Of a stretch of DNA of 64,000 bases, positions 20,511 through 31,305 are shown piece after piece. The stretch's first letter is position 1; each line of letters opens with the position of its first letter. Source of the stretch: Coraliomargarita sp. (lineage in GTDB: Bacteria > Verrucomicrobiota > Verrucomicrobiia > Opitutales > Coraliomargaritaceae); NCBI GenBank assembly GCA_965216325.1, contig OZ244160.1, forward strand, positions 800,001 to 864,000, read 5' to 3'. Position numbers and translations under genes: made by a program. The notes beneath the pieces are model-generated. The model was given only the letters and a program-made list of their open reading frames with translations, did no database searches and was not told where the DNA came from.

Positions 20511-22884
20511 TAGATGGTTTGGGTTCTTCCTCAGGTTCCTCTTTGTCTTCCTTTGGATACTCAATGCGTGAGTGCAGCATGTTGAGCAGGGTATAGACGA
20601 AGCTTTGCTTGATTTTGTCGAGTTCCTGGAAGGTGAGTGGGCACTCGTCGAGCTGACCATCTTCGATGCGGTCCTTGAAGATATTGTCGATCAGTTCTTC
20701 GATCGCGGGTTGCGAGACTTTCTTCAAGCTACGGCTGGCGGCCTCGAGGCCATCGGCAAAGAAGATGATCGCGCTTTCTTTGAAGGCCGGCTTGGGGCCG
20801 TCATAGCGGTAGGTGCTTTCGTCGACCTTTGTCTGCTCTTGATTACGGCCGTTTTTGTCGGGGAGGGGGGACTTGGTGTTTCCCTTTTCCTTTTGCTGGG
20901 CCTGATAGTAGAAATATTGGATGAGGCTGGTGCCGTGGTGTTGGCGAATCACGTCGGTAATCACGCGGGGCAACTTGTGCTTTTTGGCCATTTCCACGCC
21001 TTCTTTGACGTGCGCTTTAATCACCAGCGCGCTCATCGAAGGGTTTTTCTCATTGTGTGGGTTGATGCCGTCGCGCTGATTTTCAACGAAGTATTCCGGC
21101 TTCACCAGTTTACCGATGTCATGAAAGAAGGAGCACACACGGCAGAGCAGCGGGCTGGCGCCGATGGCGGCTGCAGCATTTTCGGCCAGGTTGGCCACCA
21201 TCAGACTGTGGTGATAGGTGCCGGGGGCTTCCATCTGCATTTGGCGCAGGAGCGGGTGATTGAAATCGGTCAGTTCGAGCAGGGTGATCTCTGTGGTGAC
21301 TTTGAAAATGTGCTCCAGCACCGGTAGAATGCCGATGGCAATCACACTGGTGAGCAAGCCAATGATCAAGGCGATCAGGGCTTGTTGCCAAATGAGTCCG
21401 AAGGAGTAGTTGCTGAGTGCTCCGATGATGGCACCAGCCAGAGCCGCAGTGGCTCCTGCGGTTAGACCTGCTCGGACAAGCTTAGAGCGCTTGCGAATAT
21501 TGGTGGAGAAGTAGCTGCCGACGACTCCGGACAGGAATGCAATCAACATGAAATCGATCGAGTTGTTTTGGATGATACCAAAGAGCACGGACACGATGAG
21601 TGCGCAGATAATCGCTGGAGCGGCACCCACCAGAACGGCAACCAATATCGGAGCCAGCGCATAGGGGGCGATAAACGGAAGCATGCGCACCATTGGTCGA
21701 TCGCTCAGGGCAGCGACTTCGCCAATTTCCATGATCACGCGAATAATCAATAGGTTGATCAGAACGCTGACGGCTGTGATGGCAATGGCACGGTTGCGCT
21801 TATGAATGTTGCCCATGCTTTGCTTAATGTAGAGGTAAACTGCCATGAGCAGAATGGCGGTCAGCATCATCCGTTGGACAAACAAGGGCTCAATGAGCAT
21901 CGAGTCTGTGCCGAGTTCGAGTTCGGCTTTTTGGTAAGCATTAATGCGTTCCAGGTCCAGTTCGGTGATGATAGCACCGGGCTCAATCAGCGTGTCGCCT
22001 TCGGCAAAGCGAATGGGTTCAACGCTAAGTGCGGCGATTGCGCGTTGTTTGGCTTTCTGGGTGCCGGATTCGCTATAAACCAGGTTGACTTGGAGGCCGG
22101 GGCGGAAGACTTCGAACAGTTTTCGCGCAGTTTCTTTATCGCGTGAAAGCGCGTTAATGCGAACGCGTAGTGTGATCAGTGCATCATCCAGTGATTGGGC
22201 TTTGGGCAAGTTGTTTTGCCCGTCTTCATCGATGAGCTGGATAACGGTGAGTTGAGTGAGGCCCTTACTGTTGCTGCTACGATTTGAGTAGATGCCGTCT
22301 TCATAGAGTAACTTCAGCACGGCGAGGGCATCGTTGAGCAGGACCGAGCGTTCTTTGGGGCGGATGGTGGTCGCGACATCGATCATGGCCTGTGCTGGAA
22401 TCTCGATTCCAGAGGCTTCGATTAATTGGTTTGCGACTTTTTCGAATTCGGCCTGCACGACTGTATCGCCTTCGTTTTCGAACTCGATCTGGGTCTTGGC
22501 TAAATTTGAGATTAAGTCTGAGATGACTTTGCGGAAGGCTTGGTAGGGCTCAAAAGTGCGTTTGAAGACCGGGGGAACTTGTGCGCGCACCGCATCCTGA
22601 CGTTTTTCGAGTAATTCGTTGCTGGTATACTCGAAGGGGAATTCGGCAACGACACGGCTGGGGGCTGGCTGCTTGAGGAGCAGTTGCGGCCCCTTGGGCT
22701 TTTGGCCAAGGAAGCAAATCACAACGACTAGTGCCGAAAAGATGAAGAACAGGCCACCTTCGACCAGACGGCTGGTTTCGAAGTAGTGGGTAGTCGCGGA
22801 CTTGTCGGCTCCACGCCCTGCATCCTTTTTTACTGGGTGCTGTTTGTCCTTACGGGACGATTTCTTTTTGAGAAGTTCGACCAT
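20473..22884 (-). CDS. 7TM-HDIG phosphohydrolase (PgpH-like)
   Basis: APGTYHHS, HDIGK..P.YFVENQ, QHHGT, YRYDGPKP and a TM block; phoH-HD-ybeY synteny. Confidence 0.9.
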   Translation of the reverse strand: MVELLKKKSSRKDKQHPVKKDAGRGADKSATTHYFETSRLVEGGLFFIFSALVVVICFLGQKPKGPQLLLKQPAPSRVVAEFPFEYTSNELLEKRQDAVRAQVPPVFKRTFEPYQAFRKVISDLISNLAKTQIEFENEGDTVVQAEFEKVANQLIEASGIEIPAQAMIDVATTIRPKERSVLLNDALAVLKLLYEDGIYSNRSSNSKGLTQLTVIQLIDEDGQNNLPKAQSLDDALITLRVRINALSRDKETARKLFEVFRPGLQVNLVYSESGTQKAKQRAIAALSVEPIRFAEGDTLIEPGAIITELDLERINAYQKAELELGTDSMLIEPLFVQRMMLTAILLMAVYLYIKQSMGNIHKRNRAIAITAVSVLINLLIIRVIMEIGEVAALSDRPMVRMLPFIAPYALAPILVAVLVGAAPAIICALIVSVLFGIIQNNSIDFMLIAFLSGVVGSYFSTNIRKRSKLVRAGLTAGATAALAGAIIGALSNYSFGLIWQQALIALIIGLLTSVIAIGILPVLEHIFKVTTEITLLELTDFNHPLLRQMQMEAPGTYHHSLMVANLAENAAAAIGASPLLCRVCSFFHDIGKLVKPEYFVENQRDGINPHNEKNPSMSALVIKAHVKEGVEMAKKHKLPRVITDVIRQHHGTSLIQYFYYQAQQKEKGNTKSPLPDKNGRNQEQTKVDESTYRYDGPKPAFKESAIIFFADGLEAASRSLKKVSQPAIEELIDNIFKDRIEDGQLDECPLTFQELDKIKQSFVYTLLNMLHSRIEYPKEDKEEPEEEPKPSNERDTAGNQQPV

Positions 22885-22922
22885 GCTATGGAGTTGAGGT
22901 GAGTGTGACAGTGAAGGTGGGC

Positions 22923-23876
22923 TTAAGCTGGGGTATGCTCTGCGTAGGCGGTAATAATACGCTGCACCAGTGGGTGGCGGACGACATCGTCGCCCTCGAA
23001 GTAGAATAAGCGGATGCCATCGATCTTCTTGAGGATGCGGCTGGCTTCCTTGAGGCCGGATTGCTTGGCTTTGGGGAGGTCGATCTGGGTAATGTCGCCG
23101 GTGATCACCATCCGTGCCCCATCGCCCAGGCGTGTGAGGAACATCATCATTTGCTCGTGGGTGGTGTTTTGTGCTTCGTCGAGAACAATAAATGCATTCG
23201 ATAGGGTGCGGCCGCGCATGTAAGCGAGGGGCGCGATTTCAACGATGCCCCGTTCGACGAGCTGATTGACCGTGTCTTTGCCGATCATATCGTTCATCGC
23301 GTCGTAGAGTGGTGTGAGGTAGGGCAGGATTTTTTCCTGTAACTCGCCGGGGAGAAAACCGAGTGCTTCGCCTGCTTCGACGGCGGGGCGGGTGAGGATG
23401 ATCTTCTCGATGTTGCCTTCCAGTAGTTCTTTGAGTGCCATTGCCATCGCCAGGTAGGTTTTACCGGTTCCAGCAGGGCCAATGCCAAAGGTGATCGGAT
23501 TTTTTTCAATGCACTGAAGGTAGCGCTTTTGGCTCAGCGTTTTGGGGATGATACTTTGGCGCTTGAGCTTAATGACCAGAGGGTTGGCGTAGATTTCGCG
23601 CAGCTCTTCGGCACGGCCATCGGCGACAGTGCGTAGGGTGTGATGAAAATCGGAAGTGCGCAGGCGAATGCCTTGCTTTCGAGCTGCTTCCAGCAGTTCG
23701 AAGACTGCCTTGGCTTTGGTGATTGCGGACTCGTCCCCGGTGATCTGCAGCCAATCTTCACGGCTGACAAGCTCGACACCGAGAACGCGCTCGGCTTCTT
23801 CAAGGTTGCGAGTGTCGTTGGAGTATAACTGGCTCAGATGGCGAGCGTTCGGGAAATTGAGAGTCTGTTCAGGCAT
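22923..23876 (-). CDS. phoH: PhoH-family ATPase
   Basis: GPAGTGKT, RPAVEAGE.LGFLPG, YMRGRTL, LDEAQN. Confidence 0.95.
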   Translation of the reverse strand: MPEQTLNFPNARHLSQLYSNDTRNLEEAERVLGVELVSREDWLQITGDESAITKAKAVFELLEAARKQGIRLRTSDFHHTLRTVADGRAEELREIYANPLVIKLKRQSIIPKTLSQKRYLQCIEKNPITFGIGPAGTGKTYLAMAMALKELLEGNIEKIILTRPAVEAGEALGFLPGELQEKILPYLTPLYDAMNDMIGKDTVNQLVERGIVEIAPLAYMRGRTLSNAFIVLDEAQNTTHEQMMMFLTRLGDGARMVITGDITQIDLPKAKQSGLKEASRILKKIDGIRLFYFEGDDVVRHPLVQRIITAYAEHTPA

Positions 23877-23915
23877 AGGTATCGAGAGGCGACGACGTGC
23901 TTGCAGGTGTGCGTG

Positions 23916-24452
23916 TTAAGCTTCGACGCAGTCGTTGAGACGCGCCCACATGGCGTCCATTGAGTCCGGTAGCACTCGAGTGTCGCCAATCACTGGCATG
24001 AAATTGGTATCCCCGTTCCAGCGGGGCACGATGTGGCAGTGTAAATGGCAGGGGATGCCTGCGCCGCCCGCATGTCCAAAATTGAAGCCGATGTTAAAGC
24101 CGTCGGGTTTGAGTGCTCGAGTTAGAATTTCCTGAGCTTTGACGATCAGGTCCATGAGTTCGTGACGTTCGTCTTCGTTGAGGTCTTCCAGTCCGGGGGC
24201 TTCACGGTAGGGCAGGGCGAGTAGGTGGCCCGCATTGTAAGGGTAGCGGTTCATCACGATGTAGTTCCACTTACCTCGATAAAGAATATATTCGGCTTGG
24301 TCGTCGTCGCTTTGGTGAATTCGCACGAATGGATTGCCCCCCTCATCGGGGTTCTTGGGGGCTAGGATATAGGGCATACGCCAATAGGCATGCAGGCGCT
24401 GCATGGAATCGGGCAGTTCGTTTGCGGCCTTAGTGGAAGTAGATTTCGACAT
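23916..24452 (-). CDS. HIT-family hydrolase
   Basis: NRYPYNAGH and HLHCHIVPRW. Confidence 0.92.
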   Translation of the reverse strand: MSKSTSTKAANELPDSMQRLHAYWRMPYILAPKNPDEGGNPFVRIHQSDDDQAEYILYRGKWNYIVMNRYPYNAGHLLALPYREAPGLEDLNEDERHELMDLIVKAQEILTRALKPDGFNIGFNFGHAGGAGIPCHLHCHIVPRWNGDTNFMPVIGDTRVLPDSMDAMWARLNDCVEA

Positions 24453-24620
24453 AAATTAACGTCCCATAGTAGAGGTGTCAGACTCTGCCGTCGATTGTTT
24501 TCTCGGAGGGCAAATGTTGTCAAAATCGATGTGCCGGTCGCTTTTTTCTGGATTGCGTTCGCCTTTACTTGAAGCAAGCCTGCGCTGTTTGGGTTCATTC
24601 GTCCTAAACTGAAACCTCCC

Positions 24621-25697
24621 GTGAGCGAAATCGATCAGAATTTAACTTTCAAGCAAGTGCCCAAGGACTTGCGTTATGTAGCCTTTTTGCTGTTAGGCTT
24701 TGTCCTATTCATGGTCTGGGACCAGTGGTTCTGGTGGGGCGATCGTGAGGATTATAGCTTTGGCTATTTGGTGCCGCTCTTTGTGGGCTATGTGCTCTAC
24801 GACCGCTGGCCGCGAATACAGTCTTACTTGGTGAAGGGGCATGCGGCGGATGGCGATGCTGAGCCGTCGAGTTGGGATCGGTTTGTACCACTCCTCACAG
24901 GGATTGCGGTCGCTGCCTTGTGTGCGGGCTTAGCACTTTACATGTTTGGTGCCTTGCTGCGCTCGGTGACCGGTCCGCAAAATCCGACTTCGCTGGCGAT
25001 TGCGCTCGGTTTTGTGCCGATTGCGCTGTGCACATTGTTTTTATTCTCCGGGCAATCTGTGAAGTCGGATCAGATCCCGCTGAAGAACCGAATTGGGTTT
25101 GTCGGCTTGTTTTTGTTCCCGGTTTTGATTTGGCTGATTTCGGCGCCTCTAGTGGGGGTGATCGAGAAGAAATTGTTGGTATTCCTGCAGTCTTGGGTGG
25201 CGTCAGTGGTGTTTAATTCCTTGGATTTACTTGGGTTTGAGATCGAGCGTAAGGGCAGCGTGCTGGTGTTGCCGACTGGAGAGGTTGGTGTCGAGGAAGC
25301 TTGTTCTGGAATTCGTTCGCTGACCGCTTGTATTTTTGCGGGCTCCTTTTTCGCGGCGGTTTTCTTGGACAGTATGAAGAAGAAGCTGCTGCTGGTGCTC
25401 TCGGCGATGGGCTTGGCAGTCCTGACCAATTTGATGCGCAGTATGTTTCTGACACTGTGGGCTTATTATAATGGTGCGAACGCCATCGATGAACACTGGC
25501 ACCTTCCGCTTATCGGTGACATCGGCAGTGTGCACGATGTAACGGGCATGGCGATCCTCGGGTTGACGTGTTTGGGGCTGCTATGCCTGCTGCCGGTATT
25601 TAATTTTAAATTAAGTGATCATATCGATCACGATTTCTTCGAGGATGATGCAGGCAATGGGAACGAAGTCGCGTCGGGGCAGGATCAGACAAAGTAG
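24621..25697 (+). CDS. Exosortase/archaeosortase family protein
   Basis: Multi-TM; VEEACSGIRSL, NLMR and HD catalytic residues. Confidence 0.88.
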   Translation: MSEIDQNLTFKQVPKDLRYVAFLLLGFVLFMVWDQWFWWGDREDYSFGYLVPLFVGYVLYDRWPRIQSYLVKGHAADGDAEPSSWDRFVPLLTGIAVAALCAGLALYMFGALLRSVTGPQNPTSLAIALGFVPIALCTLFLFSGQSVKSDQIPLKNRIGFVGLFLFPVLIWLISAPLVGVIEKKLLVFLQSWVASVVFNSLDLLGFEIERKGSVLVLPTGEVGVEEACSGIRSLTACIFAGSFFAAVFLDSMKKKLLLVLSAMGLAVLTNLMRSMFLTLWAYYNGANAIDEHWHLPLIGDIGSVHDVTGMAILGLTCLGLLCLLPVFNFKLSDHIDHDFFEDDAGNGNEVASGQDQTK

Positions 25698-25702
25698 TAT
25701 AA

Positions 25703-27187
25703 ATGGCAGAGAAACGTAAGATTTTCATGGTGGCCCCGGAAGTGGCGCCGTTGGTTAAGGTGGGTGGCTTGGCTGATGTGGCTGGAGCGCTATCGAAGGC
25801 ACTGGATTCTCGTGGGCATGACGTGCGCATTGTGATGCCCAAGTATGCGGGCTTAAAGCATATCGAAGGTGCGATTCCCCATGAGCGCCCATTAATCGTG
25901 CATCTTGGTGGACATGAGGCCTATGCCCGTGTGTGGGAATGCAAATTGCCTGGCTCCAATGCGATTTGCTATCTCCTGGAGCATAACCAGTTTTATGATG
26001 CACCGTCTGTCTATGTTGGCCCCAGTGGCGATGAAATGGATAACGCGCAGCGCTATACCTTTCTCAGCCGCGCAGCGATTGACCTGTGCAACTATTTGGA
26101 TTGGATTCCCGATGTGGTGCATTGCCACGACTGGGCGACTGGGCTGACACCTGTGTATTTGAATACCACTGAGTGGACGAAACCGCTGGGGCGTGCCGCT
26201 TCGGTCATGACACTGCACAATATGCAGCATCAAGGCTGGTTCCATCGAGATACGATTGACTATGCGGGGCTGCCGCAGTCGGTGTTTCGCCCGGATGGTC
26301 TCGAGTCCATGGGCGAGTTGAACATGCTCAAGGGGGGCATTTATCATTCGACTAAAATCACCACGGTGAGCCCGACGTATGCGGGCGAGATTCAACAGCC
26401 AGAAGGGGGCCACGGTCTGCACAATGTGTTGCGCTTCCGTGCTGCAGATTTGATTGGAGTGATTAACGGGATCGATTACACCGAGTGGGATCCTGCGACA
26501 GATGCCTTACTGCCTGAGAATTTCTCGGCTGATGATCTGTCAGGGAAGGCTATCTGCAAGGCGAAGCTGCAGGAAGCCTTTGGTCTCGAAGTAAATGCGA
26601 AGATTCCGCTGTTTACGGTGGTGTCGCGTCTGGTGGACCAGAAGGGCTTGGATTTGTTGGCTGCCATCGGCGATCGCTTGATGGAAGAAATGCAGATTCA
26701 GGTGGCTGTGCTTGGCACGGGAGATCCTGCGCTTGAGGGGGCATTCCGTGGATTGGCAGAACGTCATCCCGGTCGTTTTGGGGCCTATTTGGGCTTCGAC
26801 AATGAGTTGGCTCACCTGGCTGTGGCGGGAGCTGACTTTCTGTTGATGCCGAGTCGTTTTGAGCCCTGTGGTTTGAGTCAAATGTATGCCATGGTCTATG
26901 GTGCCCCACCTATTGTGCGTGCGACTGGCGGCCTGATTGATTCGGTCGAGCAATATATCGAGGGCGAGGGGATTGGCACAGGTTTCCGCTTTGAAGAAGC
27001 CACTCCGGATGCTTTTTACTACACGATCGGCTGGGCTTGCTCGACTTACTACGACCGTCCAGAGGAATATGCGCAGTTGCAACGCAATGGCATGACGACC
27101 GATTTCGGGTGGGGAGTCTCTGCAGGCGTTTATGAAGATGTCTATAAGTGGGCTGTGGATGCACGGCAGAAGTCGTTTGGTGCGTAA
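25703..27187 (+). CDS. glgA: Glycogen synthase
   Basis: KVGGLADV, HCHDW, SRLVDQKG, PSRFEPCGL. Confidence 0.97.
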   Translation: MAEKRKIFMVAPEVAPLVKVGGLADVAGALSKALDSRGHDVRIVMPKYAGLKHIEGAIPHERPLIVHLGGHEAYARVWECKLPGSNAICYLLEHNQFYDAPSVYVGPSGDEMDNAQRYTFLSRAAIDLCNYLDWIPDVVHCHDWATGLTPVYLNTTEWTKPLGRAASVMTLHNMQHQGWFHRDTIDYAGLPQSVFRPDGLESMGELNMLKGGIYHSTKITTVSPTYAGEIQQPEGGHGLHNVLRFRAADLIGVINGIDYTEWDPATDALLPENFSADDLSGKAICKAKLQEAFGLEVNAKIPLFTVVSRLVDQKGLDLLAAIGDRLMEEMQIQVAVLGTGDPALEGAFRGLAERHPGRFGAYLGFDNELAHLAVAGADFLLMPSRFEPCGLSQMYAMVYGAPPIVRATGGLIDSVEQYIEGEGIGTGFRFEEATPDAFYYTIGWACSTYYDRPEEYAQLQRNGMTTDFGWGVSAGVYEDVYKWAVDARQKSFGA

Positions 27188-27244
27188 ATTCTGTTTTACG
27201 CTCGAAGTTGACGTGCTGCACGAGAAAGGTTCAATCCTTGCGCT

Positions 27245-27670
27245 GTGAACGATCCAAATAGAGATTTTAACGAAGTCATCCGCACAATTCGTCAGGATGA
27301 TCCTCGCTATGCGCGAGGCGCCTACTATTTTTTGCGTCAGGCGCTGGATTACAGCCTCAAGGAGCTTCACAAGCGAGGCGACCTGGATCGCTCGAACCAC
27401 TTGACTGGACAGCAGTTGTTGGAGGGCATTCGGCTCTATGCTTTGGACCAGTATGGGCCGATGGCTCGAACTGTGCTCGAGCACTGGGGGGTGAAAAAAT
27501 GCGACGACTTTGGCAATATCGTGTTTAATTTGGTCGAATGCCGAGTGCTCGGAAAAACCGAGAATGACAGTCCTGAGGATTTTAGTGAGGGCTACAAATT
27601 TGAAGAGGCCTTCGATGGTGAGTTTCGACCACAAATGGCGCCGACGACGAAGCGTCCGCGCATGTATTAA
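27245..27670 (+). CDS. Conserved PVC-superphylum protein (Minf_1886-like)
   Basis: DPRY..AYYF, HLTGQQLLEG, YGPMA..VL.HWG, DFGNIVFNLV. Confidence 0.8.
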   Translation: MNDPNRDFNEVIRTIRQDDPRYARGAYYFLRQALDYSLKELHKRGDLDRSNHLTGQQLLEGIRLYALDQYGPMARTVLEHWGVKKCDDFGNIVFNLVECRVLGKTENDSPEDFSEGYKFEEAFDGEFRPQMAPTTKRPRMY

Positions 27671-27760
27671 TTTTCTGAGGAGTCAGAAGGCATCAGTCAG
27701 GGTTCAGAAGCTGATAATGCCGTTCTGATCCTTGTTCTCTGACCTCTGATATCTGAATTA

Positions 27761-30337
27761 ATGGACCCGATCGAGTTTTCCGCTGCGGCGACGCAGGACG
27801 TTTTAGATCGCTTGTTTAAAGCGCCGATTTCGCGCCGTATCTTACCCAATGGCTTAACGGTGTTGCACCGCCCGGATTTTTCCAGCGAGGTGGTCTCGGT
27901 GCAGGTGTGGGTCAAAACAGGCAGTATCCATGAAGATACGCTGATTGGCTCCGGCCTGTCCCATTATCTGGAGCACATGCTGTTCAAGGGCACCTCCCGC
28001 CGGGACGGCAAATCGATCAGCCGCGAGGTGCATGCGATGGGAGGCGGCATCAATGCCTACACGACCTTCGATCGCACGGTTTACTACATTGATGCCCCGT
28101 CGGCCGCCTTTGAGGGGGCAGTTGATATCTTAGCGGATATCGTCTTACATTCGACACTTCCGGAACAAGAAGTCGAGCGTGAGCGTGATGTGATATTACG
28201 CGAGATCGACATGGGCTTGGACGACCCCGACCGTCAGCTTAGCCAGGCCCTGTTTCGCACTGCGTTCCAGCGCCACCCGTATCGCGAACCAGTGATTGGG
28301 CATCGTGAGCTCTTTGAGCAGGTGACGCGCGAAGAACTCTGGACCTATTACAAGGCACGCTATGTGCCGAATAACATAGTGGTCACTATTGTCGGTGCGA
28401 TTGATTCGGAGACCTGTGAGCGATCTGTCGATGCCGCCTTTGGTTCCGTTTCTCGTGGACGCTTGGCCCCAGTGCAGATTGAGCAGGAGCCCGTGCAACT
28501 CGCTGCACGCCGTGAAGATATTATCGGTGAGTATAATATCTTTCGTGGCGGGCTCGGGTTCAAAGTGCCGCATTTGAGCCACGAGGATTCGCCACGTTTG
28601 GATGCGCTGGCGCATGCCCTCGGAGGAGGGGAGAGTTCGTTGCTATGGGAGCGTCTGCGCAATCAGGAGCAAGTCGTGCATTACATTGACTGTCGGAACT
28701 GGAATCCGGGGGGCAGCGGCTTGTTTTGGATTTCCTACGTTTGCGACCCTGGTGATGAGCAAAAGGCCGAGACTGCGATTCGTTCCATTCTTGCAGAGGT
28801 CGCCGAGGCCGGGCTCGATGAATCGGTTGTGGAAAAGGCCCAACGCCAAGCACTGAGCGGCGAAATTAATGGACGCAAAACCATGAGTGGGCAGGCCTCA
28901 CGCCTTGGACTGGGTGAAGTGGTTCTTGGCGATATTTACTATGCACGCCGCTATCTGAAACGGTTGCAGGCGGTGACTGCCGAGGATTTGCAGCAGGTCG
29001 CTCGCACTTACCTTGTCGATCATACTTTTTCCGCAGTGACCATTGGCCCTCGGGCTGAGGAGGTAACTGGGCCGGTTCAGCAAGAGCTCAGCGCTCCCAA
29101 TGCGGTTGAGCGCCTCGAGTTGGACTGCGGTGCAACATTGCTGCTGCAGGCGGATCATCGCTTGCCGAAAGCTCACCTCAGAGCGGTTCTGCTAGGCGGT
29201 CCAAATTATGAGCCGTCGGATCAGCGTGGAGTGGGGGCGATCTTGGCAGAACTGTTGACGAAGGATACTCAGGCACGTTCTGCGGCTGAGGTTTCCGAGG
29301 CGGTCGAGGGCGTGGGCGGACGCTTCACTGCCAGTGCGGGTAACAATACCTTGAACCTTGCGCTTGAAGTGCTGCCGACTGATCTCGAACTTGCGGTGGC
29401 TCTCTTTACGGACGCACTGACAAGGCCTAGCTTCGATACGAAGACCTTTGAGATCGAGCTGGAAGGGCAGGTCGCTGGACTCAAGGAAGAGGACGACGAA
29501 ATTTTTGAATACGGCTTCCGCAAGTTACGTGAAGCGTTTTTCGAGAGCCACCCATTTGCGATTGGCGCGGATGGTCGGATCGAAGATTTGGAGAAGCTTA
29601 CAGTCGGGCAGGTCCGTGCGCATTTCGAGCAATTGCTGCGCGCTGAAAATCTGGTTATCTCGGTCTGTGGTGATTTTGACCGTGATCAATTAATTGGGTG
29701 GTTGAACGCGGGATTGAGCGGACTCAGTGCGAAAGCTTTTGAGCTGACGACTACGCATGCCTTTGACGGGCCCACGAAGGCTAAGGACCTGAAGCTGGCA
29801 ATGGACCGTGAGCAGGCAGTCGTCTTTCAAGCTTTTCCCGATGTTGGGATTACTGACGACGATTATGTGGTCGGGGAAATGATGAACGAACTCTTTAGTG
29901 GTATGTCGAGCCGCCTGTTTGAGCGTGTGCGCGAGGACAAAGGCATGGCTTACTATGTGGGATCGACTCGTGTGCTTGGCCTGCAGAACAGTATGTTTGT
30001 GCTCTATGCCGGCACGCATCCGGATATGGTCGATGAAGTTTTGAAGGAGATGAATGGTGAAATTGCCCGTGTCATTGCCGGTGATGTGTTGGATGATGAA
30101 CTCACGCGCTGCCGCACACGTCTTAAAGCGGCTCGTCCGATGGGGCGCCAAACGATCGGGGCACGGGCGATGCATGCGGCGATCAATCATACCTATGGGC
30201 AACCGTTGGACGATGATGCGGAGCATGCTGCCAAGGTGGATGCGGTGGATGCGGATGCCTTGGCTTCGTTTGCCAAGCGCTACTTTGCTGCGGATCGCCG
30301 CGTGCAGCTGGTTGTGCAGCCGGATGGTGAGTCATAG
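27761..30337 (+). CDS. M16 (pitrilysin) family zinc peptidase
   Basis: HYLEH (HxxEH), NAYT; two-lobed architecture. Confidence 0.93.
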   Translation: MDPIEFSAAATQDVLDRLFKAPISRRILPNGLTVLHRPDFSSEVVSVQVWVKTGSIHEDTLIGSGLSHYLEHMLFKGTSRRDGKSISREVHAMGGGINAYTTFDRTVYYIDAPSAAFEGAVDILADIVLHSTLPEQEVERERDVILREIDMGLDDPDRQLSQALFRTAFQRHPYREPVIGHRELFEQVTREELWTYYKARYVPNNIVVTIVGAIDSETCERSVDAAFGSVSRGRLAPVQIEQEPVQLAARREDIIGEYNIFRGGLGFKVPHLSHEDSPRLDALAHALGGGESSLLWERLRNQEQVVHYIDCRNWNPGGSGLFWISYVCDPGDEQKAETAIRSILAEVAEAGLDESVVEKAQRQALSGEINGRKTMSGQASRLGLGEVVLGDIYYARRYLKRLQAVTAEDLQQVARTYLVDHTFSAVTIGPRAEEVTGPVQQELSAPNAVERLELDCGATLLLQADHRLPKAHLRAVLLGGPNYEPSDQRGVGAILAELLTKDTQARSAAEVSEAVEGVGGRFTASAGNNTLNLALEVLPTDLELAVALFTDALTRPSFDTKTFEIELEGQVAGLKEEDDEIFEYGFRKLREAFFESHPFAIGADGRIEDLEKLTVGQVRAHFEQLLRAENLVISVCGDFDRDQLIGWLNAGLSGLSAKAFELTTTHAFDGPTKAKDLKLAMDREQAVVFQAFPDVGITDDDYVVGEMMNELFSGMSSRLFERVREDKGMAYYVGSTRVLGLQNSMFVLYAGTHPDMVDEVLKEMNGEIARVIAGDVLDDELTRCRTRLKAARPMGRQTIGARAMHAAINHTYGQPLDDDAEHAAKVDAVDADALASFAKRYFAADRRVQLVVQPDGES

Positions 30338-30423
30338 GTGATCGTAGGGGCGGGCGTTTCGCACGCCCGTCTGCTGGTGTCGGCTCACGAAAAAAGCGGT
30401 AAGATGCCGCTTCTACTTTAAAT

Positions 30424-30460
30424 AAAAAAGAGGCCGAATTGCAGTGCAATCCGACCTCTT
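30424..30460 (-). terminator. Intrinsic terminator after the AP2-like gene
   Basis: AAGAGG..CCTCTT stem with an adjacent A6 on the + strand. Confidence 0.6.
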
Positions 30461-30483
30461 GAAAGTTTGAAGCGTTTAGCCAA

Positions 30484-30975
30484 TTAAGCCTCACGGGCCT
30501 TCATTTGCTGGCTCAGGCGGCGGTAGAAGTTCGGGCCGTGAATTTCACGCATCATCTTGCGACGGTGATCGACTGCCAACTTGAACGCCTTCTTTTCACC
30601 ATACTTTTTGATGGAGAAAGAGGTGCATTTCTGCACACCAGGCTCTGGACGCCAGCTTACCGAGTAACACTCGTGCTTGGTGCCGTTGGGGCCGATTTTA
30701 GTGGTGCGCGATACGCCGAGCTCACCTGTTGTATTGCGGGAGTCGGATACGACGATGCGGCGCTGGCGTGGCTTCTTCGGAATCGCTTCGAGCTCCTCGT
30801 TCAGCTCATCACGATAAGCCTTTGCTAACTTTTGAGCTTTGCCCTTACCGCCGCATTTACGGTCGCTGAAGAGCTTGGAGTAGGTCTTACCATTGCGGTA
30901 ACCGCGAACGAACCAACCGTGAGTTGACCCGGAATCGATACGGCTAATGCCTTTATTTGCTTTTGATCGTGCCAT
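30484..30975 (-). CDS. Basic protein with tandem AP2-like DNA-binding domains
   Basis: KGISR..GWFVR..KLFS..A..YRD and NTTGELGVSR..FSIKKYGEKKAFKLA..HR; start ATG at 30975. Confidence 0.75.
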   Translation of the reverse strand: MARSKANKGISRIDSGSTHGWFVRGYRNGKTYSKLFSDRKCGGKGKAQKLAKAYRDELNEELEAIPKKPRQRRIVVSDSRNTTGELGVSRTTKIGPNGTKHECYSVSWRPEPGVQKCTSFSIKKYGEKKAFKLAVDHRRKMMREIHGPNFYRRLSQQMKAREA

Positions 30976-31305
30976 TGTATTATGTGTTTTTGAATAAGGG
31001 GGAACTGTTCCAGACAATTGAAGAACTTAACGTAATAGCGTTTCTTAATTCTTTCAACTAACGAGAACGATTAGTATTTCTAAACAAACCTTACAGAAAA
31101 AAGGTCCTTTTTTAAATTGCAATTTTTTAATCTTCCATCTTGCAGATGCTAAATTACTTACGATTTTTTACATTTGCTCACTATTTGCGTTGTTAATGCG
31201 CTTTTAAGATTAGTTTTTTTATGTTTTTGATCCATGTGGAAGGGCTTATATTTTTACGATTTGTGACATTGCCTAGGAGCACGCTTCGGGGCAGCTTATT
31301 CCAAA

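Noticed and set aside
26540..27634. Long antisense ORFs (364 aa here; also 20572-21327, 34014-34799, 46276-47061, 52913-53908)
   Set aside because: They are shadow frames opposite well-supported genes
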